This document shows, piece by piece, positions 46,993 through 55,339 of a stretch of 64,000 nucleotides of DNA. Source of the DNA: Syntrophorhabdaceae bacterium (GTDB taxonomy: Bacteria; Desulfobacterota; Syntrophorhabdia; Syntrophorhabdales; Syntrophorhabdaceae); NCBI GenBank assembly GCA_963666485.2, contig CAXXUO010000008.1:1-64000 (forward strand), read 5' to 3'. The first letter of the stretch is position 1. Each line of letters opens with the position of its first letter. The notes beneath the pieces are model-generated. The model was given only the letters and a program-made list of their open reading frames with translations. It searched no databases and had not been told where the DNA came from. Both the position numbers and the translations under genes were made by a program.

Positions 46993-48194
46993 TGGACGGA
47001 CCAACACCCGCGATCCGGATCCTTATTGTCGATAATGACGCAAATGTCCGGGGTGTCTTCGTACGGTTCTTCAGCCGTTATCCGGGGTTCGAGGTCTTTG
47101 AGGCCTCGACGGGACAGGAAGCGGCGCTTCGTTCCCGGGACGTCGAACCTGACCTTATTCTAAGCGATCACCAGCCGCCCCAGGTCGACGGCCTGGAACT
47201 GTGCCGGCGCATAAGGAGCACGCCGGAGACGCATTCCTCCATCTTTCTTTTCCTCACCTATCAGAAGGATGATCAGTTCAAGGCCGAGGCGTTCCAGCGC
47301 GGCGCCGATGACTGCATTGAAAAGACAACACCACCCATTATCCTGACCCATAAGATACAGGCCTTTATCAGGATCAAACAGCTCCAGAACGAGCTCCTTG
47401 CCGAAAAGCAGATCATAGCGGAAACAAACAAGAAGCTCGAACGCAACTTCAAGGAATTGACACAGATCCTTCTCAAGATCATCGATGTCCGTGTCCCCGG
47501 CGCTGCCGACAGGGCGCGCGCAGCCAAAGGGTCAGCCCGTTATATCTGCAAGAAAATGGGTATCGAAGAGGAAGAAACTGATAAGATACTGTTCGGGGCA
47601 CAACTCCACGAGATAGGTAAGATAGGCCTGCCCGATGCGATTGCCGACAAGGCCAAGAACAATATGGTCATGGGCGACCGCAGTATTTATAATAAGCACC
47701 CCGTCATAGGGTCTCTCATCATATCGACCATCTCCGGCTACAAGATCTCATCCGATGCGATATATTACCAGTACGAGAACTTCGATGGCTCGGGCACCCC
47801 CGATGGCCTGATCGGCAACGAGATACCGAGGGGCGCACGGGTAATTCGAGGCATCGTGCTTCAGAGCGACCTGTGCCGCGCGGGGTCCGGCCGGGATGAT
47901 ATCCTGCATGAGATACGCCAGTCGGCGAACCGTATCCTCGACCCCATGGTCGCATCATCCCTCGTCGAATACATCGTCGAAAATGACCGTGAATTCGCCC
48001 GGAACAAGTGTAAGATATCCCTGGAAGAACTCAAGCCCGGCATGGTGATAGCGGAAGACATCTACGCGTCGAGCGGCGTTAAGCTCCTCCCCAAGAACGT
48101 CAGGATACAGGACCGGATGATAGAGGTCCTCAACGAACGCAATGAAACAGACCCGATCATCGGCGGCGTGTATGTGGTCATTGGAGCGAAATGA
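46992..48194 (+). CDS. REC + degenerate HD-GYP domain protein
   Basis: REC domain (DLILSD, DGLELC), coiled coil, then LHEIGKIG and YQYENFDGSGTPDGL, and a C-terminal LKPGMVIAEDIY domain. TAATG overlap with motB. Confidence 0.82.
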   Translation: MDGPTPAIRILIVDNDANVRGVFVRFFSRYPGFEVFEASTGQEAALRSRDVEPDLILSDHQPPQVDGLELCRRIRSTPETHSSIFLFLTYQKDDQFKAEAFQRGADDCIEKTTPPIILTHKIQAFIRIKQLQNELLAEKQIIAETNKKLERNFKELTQILLKIIDVRVPGAADRARAAKGSARYICKKMGIEEEETDKILFGAQLHEIGKIGLPDAIADKAKNNMVMGDRSIYNKHPVIGSLIISTISGYKISSDAIYYQYENFDGSGTPDGLIGNEIPRGARVIRGIVLQSDLCRAGSGRDDILHEIRQSANRILDPMVASSLVEYIVENDREFARNKCKISLEELKPGMVIAEDIYASSGVKLLPKNVRIQDRMIEVLNERNETDPIIGGVYVVIGAK

Positions 48195-48206
48195 AAAAAG
48201 ACGTTG

Positions 48207-48420
48207 GTTCAACCGTTCAACAGTTCAACCGTTCGACGTGAGTACGGCCGGGGCCTTGGCGGGAATCCACCTATTCAAGTCGTCATTCCGGCTTGCCGGA
48301 ATCCAGCGTCTTTGCTTTGTTAAGTGCCAGGCTTATTATAGGGACAAAAAGACACTGGATTTCGCCGCAAAAGCCGGCGGAATGACGACGCACGCCTTTA
48401 GCGTTGAACGGTTTAACGGT
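48207..48420. repeat. Octamer-bounded intergenic cassette E with a palindrome doublet
   Basis: GTTCAACC/GTTCAACA/GTTCAACC/GTTCGACG (48207-48238) faces CGTTGAAC/GGTTTAAC/GGT (48402-48420). Doublet at 48282-48386. Confidence 0.8.
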
Positions 48421-48421
48421 A

Positions 48422-49348
48422 TTACTTACGTAGCCCGAAATACTGTCTTGCCGTTTCCACGTCTTTCTTGATCTGCGCCATCAGTTCCGCCATGTCCTTG
48501 AATTTTTGCTCGGCGCGGATGCGCTCGTGGAAGGAGATGACGATGTCGCGGTCGTAGAGGTCGCCGCCGAAATCGAGGATGTGTGTTTCGACGAGGAGCT
48601 TCTTGCCGTCAAACGTGGGGTTGTAACCGATATTTGTGACGGAGGGCCACTTCCTGCCGTCAAACTCGACCTCCGTTATATAGACGCCGTTGCCCGGTAT
48701 GAGCTCGAATACCGTCTCGAAGTTTATCGTCGGGAATCCCATGCTCTTTCCCCGGTTGACACCGTGTATGACCACGCCTTCGATCATATGCGGGCGGCCG
48801 AGCAGTTCGTTGGCCTTTTTGACGTCGCCTTCCATGATGAGCTTGCGGATACGGTTGCTTCCTATCTTTTCCTCATCGAGCGTGATCGCGCCCACGACGT
48901 CAAAATAAAATCCTTTTTTCCGTGAATATTCCATAAGCATCCTGACATCGCCTGCCCCGCCTTTCCCGAACCGGAAATCGTACCCGACAATGACCCCGGC
49001 CACGCCGATCTTGCCGATAAGGATATCTTCGATAAAGCTCTCGGGAGGGATCGACCTCAGGTTGTCGTCGAAGGGTATCTCGAACATGACCTCGATCCCG
49101 GTCTCTGCGACAAGTCTCTCCTTTATGTGCGGAGGCGTTATCAGGCGGATATAGGAATCCGGTTCCAGGATGCTGTGGGGGTGCGGATAGAAACTCATGA
49201 GCATCGGGGTGCCGGATATCTCGCGTGATTTATCGATGACCTTCTTTATGATCCTCCGGTGACCGATGTGTACGCCGTCATAATTGCCTATCGTGAGGAC
49301 GGGATTCCGGAATCGTTCACCGGTATCGAATGTCTGAAAAATTTTCAT
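48422..49348 (-). CDS. ribF: Bifunctional riboflavin kinase / FAD synthetase
   Basis: IGNYDGVHIGH, VGYDFRFG, GFPTIN, NIGYNPTF, ETHILDF. ATG 49348 with a GAGGTG RBS. Confidence 0.96.
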   Translation of the reverse strand: MKIFQTFDTGERFRNPVLTIGNYDGVHIGHRRIIKKVIDKSREISGTPMLMSFYPHPHSILEPDSYIRLITPPHIKERLVAETGIEVMFEIPFDDNLRSIPPESFIEDILIGKIGVAGVIVGYDFRFGKGGAGDVRMLMEYSRKKGFYFDVVGAITLDEEKIGSNRIRKLIMEGDVKKANELLGRPHMIEGVVIHGVNRGKSMGFPTINFETVFELIPGNGVYITEVEFDGRKWPSVTNIGYNPTFDGKKLLVETHILDFGGDLYDRDIVISFHERIRAEQKFKDMAELMAQIKKDVETARQYFGLRK

Positions 49349-49357
49349 CGTCACCTC

Positions 49358-49386
49358 TTGACTTATCTTGCACATACATATAACTT
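49358..49386 (+). promoter_or_regulatory. sigma70 promoter for tRNA-Leu
   Basis: TTGACT-N17-TAACTT, ending 8 nt before the tRNA. Confidence 0.65.
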
Positions 49387-49394
49387 TATAGGGT

Positions 49395-49479
49395 GCCGAA
49401 GTGGCGGAATTGGCAGACGCGCTAGATTCAGGGTCTAGTAGGCAATTTGCCTGTGTGGGTTCAAGTCCCGTCTTCGGCA
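49395..49479 (+). tRNA. tRNA-Leu (anticodon CAG), CCA not encoded
   Basis: Acceptor stem GCCGAAG/CTTCGGC plus discriminator A; D arm GGCGGAATTGGCAGACGC; anticodon arm CTAGA-TTCAGGG-TCTAG; long variable arm; T loop TTCAAGT with two G-U pairs in the T stem. Confidence 0.95.
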
Positions 49480-49588
49480 TTATTTTTTTGTCAAAAATCC
49501 TCAAGAGCTCCCCGCCCGAAACCCTTGAAACGCTTCATTGTATATTATCTAAAATGAATTTTGTATAAAAATTACGGCCTGAGAAAAT

Positions 49589-49792
49589 CGTAAGGCGTAA
49601 GGCGTTGAAAACCCGCTATTTCAATACAAAGAAACATTCTTCCGTGAAATAATAGAAAGACGCTGGATTCCGGCGCAAAAGCCGCCGGAATGACGGCAGA
49701 CTTTAAAGACAGAAACTAGGTCTAATAACGTTTCTTCCCGGGCCGAGAGAATTTCTTTTCCGTTAGCCGTTAGCCGTTAGCCGTTAGCCGTT
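49589..49792. repeat. Heptamer-bounded intergenic cassette F with a single palindrome arm
   Basis: CGTAAGG x2 plus CGTTGAA (49589-49609); (CCGTTAG)x4 plus CCGTT (49760-49792) next to the sppA stop; arm AAAGACGCTGGATTCCGGCGCAAAAGCCGCCGGAATGAC (49656-49694). Confidence 0.8.
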
Positions 49793-49796
49793 CTTC

Positions 49797-50651
49797 TTAC
49801 GGTTTGTACTCGTACTTGAACGGCGCTGCCTGCTCCCGTGCGAACATGTCCTGCAGGGCGGAGGAGAGAAGCCATTTCAGGGGGGCAAAAGGCCTCTTGC
49901 CGTATACGAGGGTGGGTTTTCCCTTGATGCCGAGCGTCGCCTTCATGGCATCGACTGCATCGTAGAATGTTCCTATGTTGTCGATAAGGCCGGCATCCTT
50001 CGCCTGAAGCCCCGTGTATATCCTGCCGTCCGCCAGCTCCCTGACCTTTTCGATCTTCATTTTCCTTCCGGAGGCGACATCCTTGATAAACTGCCCATGA
50101 ATGCTGTCGATGATATCCTGCAGGTATTTCCGCTCGGCATCGGTCATCCTGCGGAAGGGGTTCCCGACGTCTTTCATCGATCCCGCCTTGATCGTGTTCG
50201 CCTGGACGCCTATCTTCTTCATCAGGTCCTCGACCACGGTCTGCTGCATGATGACGCCGATGGACCCCGTTATCGTCGAGGGGTTGGCGTAGAGCCTCTC
50301 ACCGACCGCCGCTATATAGTACCCTCCCGAGGCGCATACCGATCCCATCGAGACGTAGACCTTCTTTCTTTCTCTCAGCTTTTTGAGTTCGGTGGCTGCC
50401 TCCTGGGTCGGCCCGACGGCGCCGCCTGGTGAATTGATGCGGACGATAACACCCTTAACACTGTCATCTTCCTTGAGCCGGACGATATCGGCCATGACAT
50501 CCTTCATGTCCGTTATCGTCCCCTCGACCTCTACGACCCCGATCTTCGAGCCGCTGTCCCCGAATATGCCTGATAACATAATGGCAAAGAAAATGACCGC
50601 TATCACGATACAAACGACGAGCAGGATCTTCCTGCCGATATTACCTGCCAT
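49797..50651 (-). CDS. sppA: Signal peptide peptidase SppA (36K type)
   Basis: N-terminal TM, RINSPGG, SMGSVCASGGYYIA, TGSIGVI, ADGRIYTG. Confidence 0.95.
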   Translation of the reverse strand: MAGNIGRKILLVVCIVIAVIFFAIMLSGIFGDSGSKIGVVEVEGTITDMKDVMADIVRLKEDDSVKGVIVRINSPGGAVGPTQEAATELKKLRERKKVYVSMGSVCASGGYYIAAVGERLYANPSTITGSIGVIMQQTVVEDLMKKIGVQANTIKAGSMKDVGNPFRRMTDAERKYLQDIIDSIHGQFIKDVASGRKMKIEKVRELADGRIYTGLQAKDAGLIDNIGTFYDAVDAMKATLGIKGKPTLVYGKRPFAPLKWLLSSALQDMFAREQAAPFKYEYKP

Positions 50652-50675
50652 TATACATCCCTCCCTATCGCGTCA

Positions 50676-51383
50676 TCAATTGTCCATGAACTGTGCCGAT
50701 TCCCTTTTCTTCATGATGATCTTGCCAAACGGGCGCCGCTGGGAAAGCGTGGCCACGCGTATCTTTGCGAGCTCCAGCATACCCAGGATCGTTGCAACCC
50801 TTTCATTGCGGTCCTCTTCGACAATAACGTCCCACTCGAAAAAACCTTCCATTCTCAGGACGTCCTTGAGGGCCCCTATCTTCTCTTCCAGTGTGGGCCT
50901 CACTTCCCTTACGACAAAGTACGGCTCCTCCTTGACGCGCATCAGCTCAAAGTACAGCGTACAGAGGCTCATGAGGTCAAAATCGGCCTCTTTTTCCAAT
51001 CCGCCCCTTCCTATAGAATAGACATCGCGCTCGAGCATGGGAAGTCCGTTGATCGCGACGGCCATATTTCTCACGCGTTCATACTCGATGATGCGCTCGA
51101 CAAGTTCTTCACGCGGGTCCTCTTCTTCGCCGGTTCCGTCCCTCGGGAGAAGCATCTTCGACTTGATAAAGAGAAGGAGCGAGGCCATTTCGATGAAATC
51201 TTCGGCTATCTTCAGGTTCATTTCCCGGGCTATTTCGACATACTGGAGAAAGCGCTCCGTGATCATGGCGATCGGGATGTCCCAGATGCTCAGCTTGTTG
51301 CGCTTGATAAGCGTGATGAGGACAGCCATAGGCCCTTCGAAACATTCGAGCTGCACCTCAAGCGTCGGGACGAGAAGGCTCAT
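50676..51383 (-). CDS. scpA: Segregation and condensation protein A (kleisin)
   Basis: FEGPMAVLITLI, DFIEMASLLLFIKSKMLLP, DPREELVERIIEY, LGMLEL. Confidence 0.88.
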   Translation of the reverse strand: MSLLVPTLEVQLECFEGPMAVLITLIKRNKLSIWDIPIAMITERFLQYVEIAREMNLKIAEDFIEMASLLLFIKSKMLLPRDGTGEEEDPREELVERIIEYERVRNMAVAINGLPMLERDVYSIGRGGLEKEADFDLMSLCTLYFELMRVKEEPYFVVREVRPTLEEKIGALKDVLRMEGFFEWDVIVEEDRNERVATILGMLELAKIRVATLSQRRPFGKIIMKKRESAQFMDN

Positions 51384-54019
51384 GGCATTATCCCCTTTTG
51401 AAAAAGGTAACTCTCAATGAATTGCACCTCATCCTCCCTCGTCTTGAGGTCAAGGTCTATCTTGGCATCCTTGAGATGGTCAAGAATATCCTTGAACACG
51501 GGCCCCTCCCGGATCCCCATCTTCTTGAGATCATTGCCTGTAGTGACGGGCTTGAACGAATCGTGATGCGTTATATAGTTCGAGATGGCCTTTTTCACCT
51601 CTTCCGAACGGGTCTTGGCCATGATAAAAAGCATCGCCTCACGCGAGAGCGAATCGAGCATCCGGTATACTTCGCTCTTTTTTATCCCGTTTATCCCCTG
51701 GCTGAAGCGTGCCATGATCTTCCGGAGATTCTCCGCGTTTTCCACGGCACGATGCCTGAAACGCTCCGTTATCTCCATTCTCGACGCAAACTCGGCGACG
51801 TCGGTGACGGGCATATTATCGATAAGCGCAAGGATAAAGAACTGCACCTTGTCGACGGGCTTGCCCTGGTAGAGGAATTCATGCCACTGGTAGACTGCGT
51901 GCATCTGGATAAAAAGCCTTTCCTTTTCCTTGTTGAACACGAGGTTCGGCGATATGAACCGCAGGAGGTCGAGCTCCGCAAGTCGTGCAAAGACGGCCTC
52001 GGGCGCGTCCTCCTTCAGGATAAGCGTCAGTTCCGACCAGATGCGTTTCCCCCGTATCTTGGTAAGAAAGCTGAGTTTTACCGCGTTCTTGATCAGGCTC
52101 ATTGTCTGCTTGCCTATCTTGAACCCGAAACGCTTCTCGAACCGTATGGCCCGGAAAACACGCGTCGGGTCCTCCACGAAGCTCAAGGAATGCAGGACCC
52201 GGATCGTTCTCTCCTTGATGTCGCGCTGGGCGCTGAAGAAATCGACCAGTTCCCCGAATGCGTTCTTGTTGAGCGCGATCGCGAGTGTGTTGATCGTGAA
52301 ATCACGACGGTGAAGGTCGAGTTTCAACGACCCGTGCTCGACCGTGGGCAGAGCGGCCGGGGCCCGGTAATATTCCAGGCGCGCCGTTGCGATATCTATC
52401 TTGAATCCGTCCGGGAACATAAGTTTTGCCGTGGAGAACTCCTTGTGCGACCGCATCCTGACATTGAAGCGCTTCACCATCTCCTCGGCAAACATGATCC
52501 CGTCGCCTTCGATGACGACGTCTATGTCGTTATTGTCATTGCGCAGGATAAGGTCGCGGACGAACCCGCCGACGAGATAGGCATGAAAACCCATATCATC
52601 GGCCAGGGTCCCCATATCGACCAGTTTCTCCATCGTCGCGTCATCGAGACGCTCCTCCATGAGCCTGCGTACATTTTTCCGCTGGACATACTTTTCGTGA
52701 AATTCGAGTTTCTCCAGGACGGTCTTCGCTATCTCATCCTCGAGGACGCGCAGGAGATCGGTACGCGTTATGGCCCCTTTCAACTCGCCGTCATCGACCA
52801 CGGGAAGGAACCGCTGGTTGCTCCCGATGATCTTCTCCTTGACCACCTCTATCGAGTCGTCGGGATGGACCGCCTGAAACTCGGTAAACATGTAGTCGTC
52901 GACCGGCTGATTCTCCAGCTTGTGGAACAGGGCCTTTCCGGCAACCTGGCGCGTGATGACCCCCACGACCCGGCCTTTCGAGAGCACCGGCAGGGCATTT
53001 ATGCTGTACTTCGTCAGAACGTTCAATGCTTCCCGTATGGGGCTCAATGATTCCACTGATTTGACGGGAAAGAACATGATGTCCCTCGCCCGCCAGAGGG
53101 GTTTCACGCTGTTGCGCAGGATCTCGATAAGTCGTTCCTTGGTCTCGGGAAGCGTTAAGTCCTTGACTGTCGTCGATGCGGCAACCTTGTGCCCGCCCCC
53201 GCCGAGGAGCGACATGACATACCCCGAGTCGACCTCCGGTATACGGCTGCGCCCGATGATATGAACGCGGTCTTCCATGCGGAAAAGCGCAAAGACGGCA
53301 TTGATGTTCTCCATATCCCGGTACTTGTGCACGATGACCGCGAGGTCTCCCACGTACTGTTCCGTGCTCCCCTCGGTGATGACGATATCGATCCCGTTGA
53401 TGTTGTATACGGTCGCATTCTTGATGATGTCGTTGAGGAGGAAGACCTGCTCCGGGGTGAGCTCGCGCACGAGCATATCGGAGACCAGGTTGATATTGGC
53501 GCCCTGCGACAGGAGCCAGGAGGCCGCCTCGAAGTCCTCCGTCGTGGTCGACGAGAAACGGAAGCTTCCCGTCTCCTCGTATATGCCGAGCATCATGATC
53601 GTTGCTTCCTCGGGCGTGATCGGTATGCCGCGTTCCCGGATAATGCCGATCAGGATCGTTACCGAGGCCCCGACACTGCGTACGATCTGGAACTCAGCCT
53701 TGACATCGCACTCGGAGTCCGGGTGGTGGTCGTACACGTGTATGACGGCCTTGCCATCCTCGGCCACCCTTGCGAGCTCCCCGATCCGTGACTTGTCGCG
53801 GGTGTCGACAAGGATCAGTGTGTCGATCGCGTCGTAGTCCGCCTTCTTGAGCTTGGTAATATCGTACAGGTACAGCGTTGAATGGATAAGAAAATCACGA
53901 AGGGTCTTTTCCTGGGACCCGGGGAAAACAAGCGCAGCGTCCGGGTAGAGCTTCTTTGCGGCAACCATTGAGGAGAGGGAATCGAAATCGGCATTGACGT
54001 GAGATGTAATGACCTTCAT
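51380..54019 (-). CDS. DHH-DHHA1-CBS-class II tRNA nucleotidyltransferase (A-adding or CCA-adding type)
   Basis: SHVNADFDS, YDHHP, GGGGH; CBS pair; LVGGFVRD, DIDVV, DLHRRDFTIN, EDPTR..RAIRF. Confidence 0.9.
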   Translation of the reverse strand: MKVITSHVNADFDSLSSMVAAKKLYPDAALVFPGSQEKTLRDFLIHSTLYLYDITKLKKADYDAIDTLILVDTRDKSRIGELARVAEDGKAVIHVYDHHPDSECDVKAEFQIVRSVGASVTILIGIIRERGIPITPEEATIMMLGIYEETGSFRFSSTTTEDFEAASWLLSQGANINLVSDMLVRELTPEQVFLLNDIIKNATVYNINGIDIVITEGSTEQYVGDLAVIVHKYRDMENINAVFALFRMEDRVHIIGRSRIPEVDSGYVMSLLGGGGHKVAASTTVKDLTLPETKERLIEILRNSVKPLWRARDIMFFPVKSVESLSPIREALNVLTKYSINALPVLSKGRVVGVITRQVAGKALFHKLENQPVDDYMFTEFQAVHPDDSIEVVKEKIIGSNQRFLPVVDDGELKGAITRTDLLRVLEDEIAKTVLEKLEFHEKYVQRKNVRRLMEERLDDATMEKLVDMGTLADDMGFHAYLVGGFVRDLILRNDNNDIDVVIEGDGIMFAEEMVKRFNVRMRSHKEFSTAKLMFPDGFKIDIATARLEYYRAPAALPTVEHGSLKLDLHRRDFTINTLAIALNKNAFGELVDFFSAQRDIKERTIRVLHSLSFVEDPTRVFRAIRFEKRFGFKIGKQTMSLIKNAVKLSFLTKIRGKRIWSELTLILKEDAPEAVFARLAELDLLRFISPNLVFNKEKERLFIQMHAVYQWHEFLYQGKPVDKVQFFILALIDNMPVTDVAEFASRMEITERFRHRAVENAENLRKIMARFSQGINGIKKSEVYRMLDSLSREAMLFIMAKTRSEEVKKAISNYITHHDSFKPVTTGNDLKKMGIREGPVFKDILDHLKDAKIDLDLKTREDEVQFIESYLFQKGIMP

Positions 54020-54882
54020 CAACCCCTCGGATGATGCTTTTTGTGAATTTCTTTTAAACGCTTGCTGTCTACGTGCGTGTAGATCTGGGTTGTCGATATG
54101 TCCTCGTGGCCGAGAAGGACCTGGACCGACCTCAAGTCTGCGCCGCCCTCAAGAAGATGGGTCGCGAAGGTATGCCGTATCGTGTGGGGCGAGACGTGGC
54201 CTTTTTTGAGCTGCAGCCCGTACTTCCGGATGATCTTCCAGATCGCCTGGCGGGTGATCATTGCTCCCTTTCGGTTCGGGAACAGGTAGCGGCCCGGTGG
54301 CTTCTCCGATGCGAGGTATGCCTTTATCGCATCACGTGAATACGATCCCAGGGGAACCACGCGCTCCTTCGAACGTTTTCCCATCGCGATCACGAAACCG
54401 CCGTCAAGGTTGACATCGCTTTTCTTGAGCCCGATCACCTCGGACACCCGAAGGCCCGTGGCGTACATGAGTTCGATGATGGTGCGGTCCCGGACCGCCA
54501 TCTTCTCGCCTTCCGGCAGGCGGATAAGCTCGCCCATCTCGTCTTCGGTCAAAACGCGGGGGATCGGCGGCCTGAATTTCGGTGTATCGACGTCTTCGAG
54601 CGGGCTTGCGGATATCTTTCCGTCAAGAAGGAGATAATTGAACAATCCCCGAAGGGCCGATATGTTCCGTACGATACTCCGGGTCGATTTCCCCTTTTCC
54701 CGCAGGTACGCTATGAATCCCTCCACGTGCCGCCGTTCAGGCTCAGTGCAGGCGACTTCTTCGCAATATTTTATGAATGCCAGGATGTCGCGATTATACG
54801 CTTCGATGGTGTGGGCGGACGCACCCCGCTCAGACACGAGATGGCGGACAAAGCTGTCGAGAAAATGATAGAGACGTTCCAC
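54019..54882 (-). CDS. xerD: Site-specific tyrosine recombinase XerD
   Basis: ERGASAHTIEAYNRD, YATGLRVSE, GKRSKERVVP, SPHTIRHTFATHLL, LLGHEDISTTQIYTH, HHPRG; GTG 54882. Confidence 0.92.
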   Translation of the reverse strand: MERLYHFLDSFVRHLVSERGASAHTIEAYNRDILAFIKYCEEVACTEPERRHVEGFIAYLREKGKSTRSIVRNISALRGLFNYLLLDGKISASPLEDVDTPKFRPPIPRVLTEDEMGELIRLPEGEKMAVRDRTIIELMYATGLRVSEVIGLKKSDVNLDGGFVIAMGKRSKERVVPLGSYSRDAIKAYLASEKPPGRYLFPNRKGAMITRQAIWKIIRKYGLQLKKGHVSPHTIRHTFATHLLEGGADLRSVQVLLGHEDISTTQIYTHVDSKRLKEIHKKHHPRG

Positions 54883-54898
54883 CTGAGTTCCATCCCCC

Positions 54899-55339
54899 CT
54901 ATATCCCCGTTGAACCGAAGCCTCCCTCACCGCGGGTCGTGTCCGCCAGGTCCGGTACATGCCGGAAATCGACCCGGGCAAGCCTCTTGAAAACCATCTG
55001 GGCGATGCGGTCGCCCTTATTGATCGTAAACGCTTCGCTGCCGAGGTTGATGAGTATCACCTTGACCTCGCCCCTGTAATCGGAATCGATCGTCCCCGGC
55101 GTGTTGAGGACCGTCACCCCGTGCTTTACCGCTATGCCGCTGCGGGGCCTGACCTCCGCCTCGTACCCTTCCGGTATCCCGATAAAAAGGCCGGTCGGGA
55201 CAAGCGCCCTCTGAAGGGGTTGAAGGACGAGGGGTTCATCGACGAGTGCGCACAGGTCGACGCCCGACGCATGGTCCGTTGCATACACGGGTATCTTCGC
55301 CCCGTCACGGGTTTTGATAGAAACGTCTATTCTTTCCAT
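54899..55339 (-). CDS. dut: dUTP diphosphatase
   Basis: SGVDL, RPRSG, NTPGTIDSDYRGE, RIAQ, RGEGGFGSTG. Confidence 0.97.
   Translation of the reverse strand: MERIDVSIKTRDGAKIPVYATDHASGVDLCALVDEPLVLQPLQRALVPTGLFIGIPEGYEAEVRPRSGIAVKHGVTVLNTPGTIDSDYRGEVKVILINLGSEAFTINKGDRIAQMVFKRLARVDFRHVPDLADTTRGEGGFGSTGI

Noticed and set aside
49349..49504. N-terminal extension of ribF in the ORF track
   Set aside because: It is the antisense reading of tRNA-Leu; the likely start is ATG 49348 with a GAGGTG RBS.
49480..49600. Genomic island integrated at tRNA-Leu
   Set aside because: No duplicated tRNA 3' end or integrase was seen, and the flanking genes are housekeeping.
54019..54882. Tyrosine recombinase as a prophage or island integrase, or as the cassette mobiliser
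   Set aside because: It has XerD-type motifs and the HHPRG C-terminus and sits in a housekeeping operon; no att sites or phage genes are visible.
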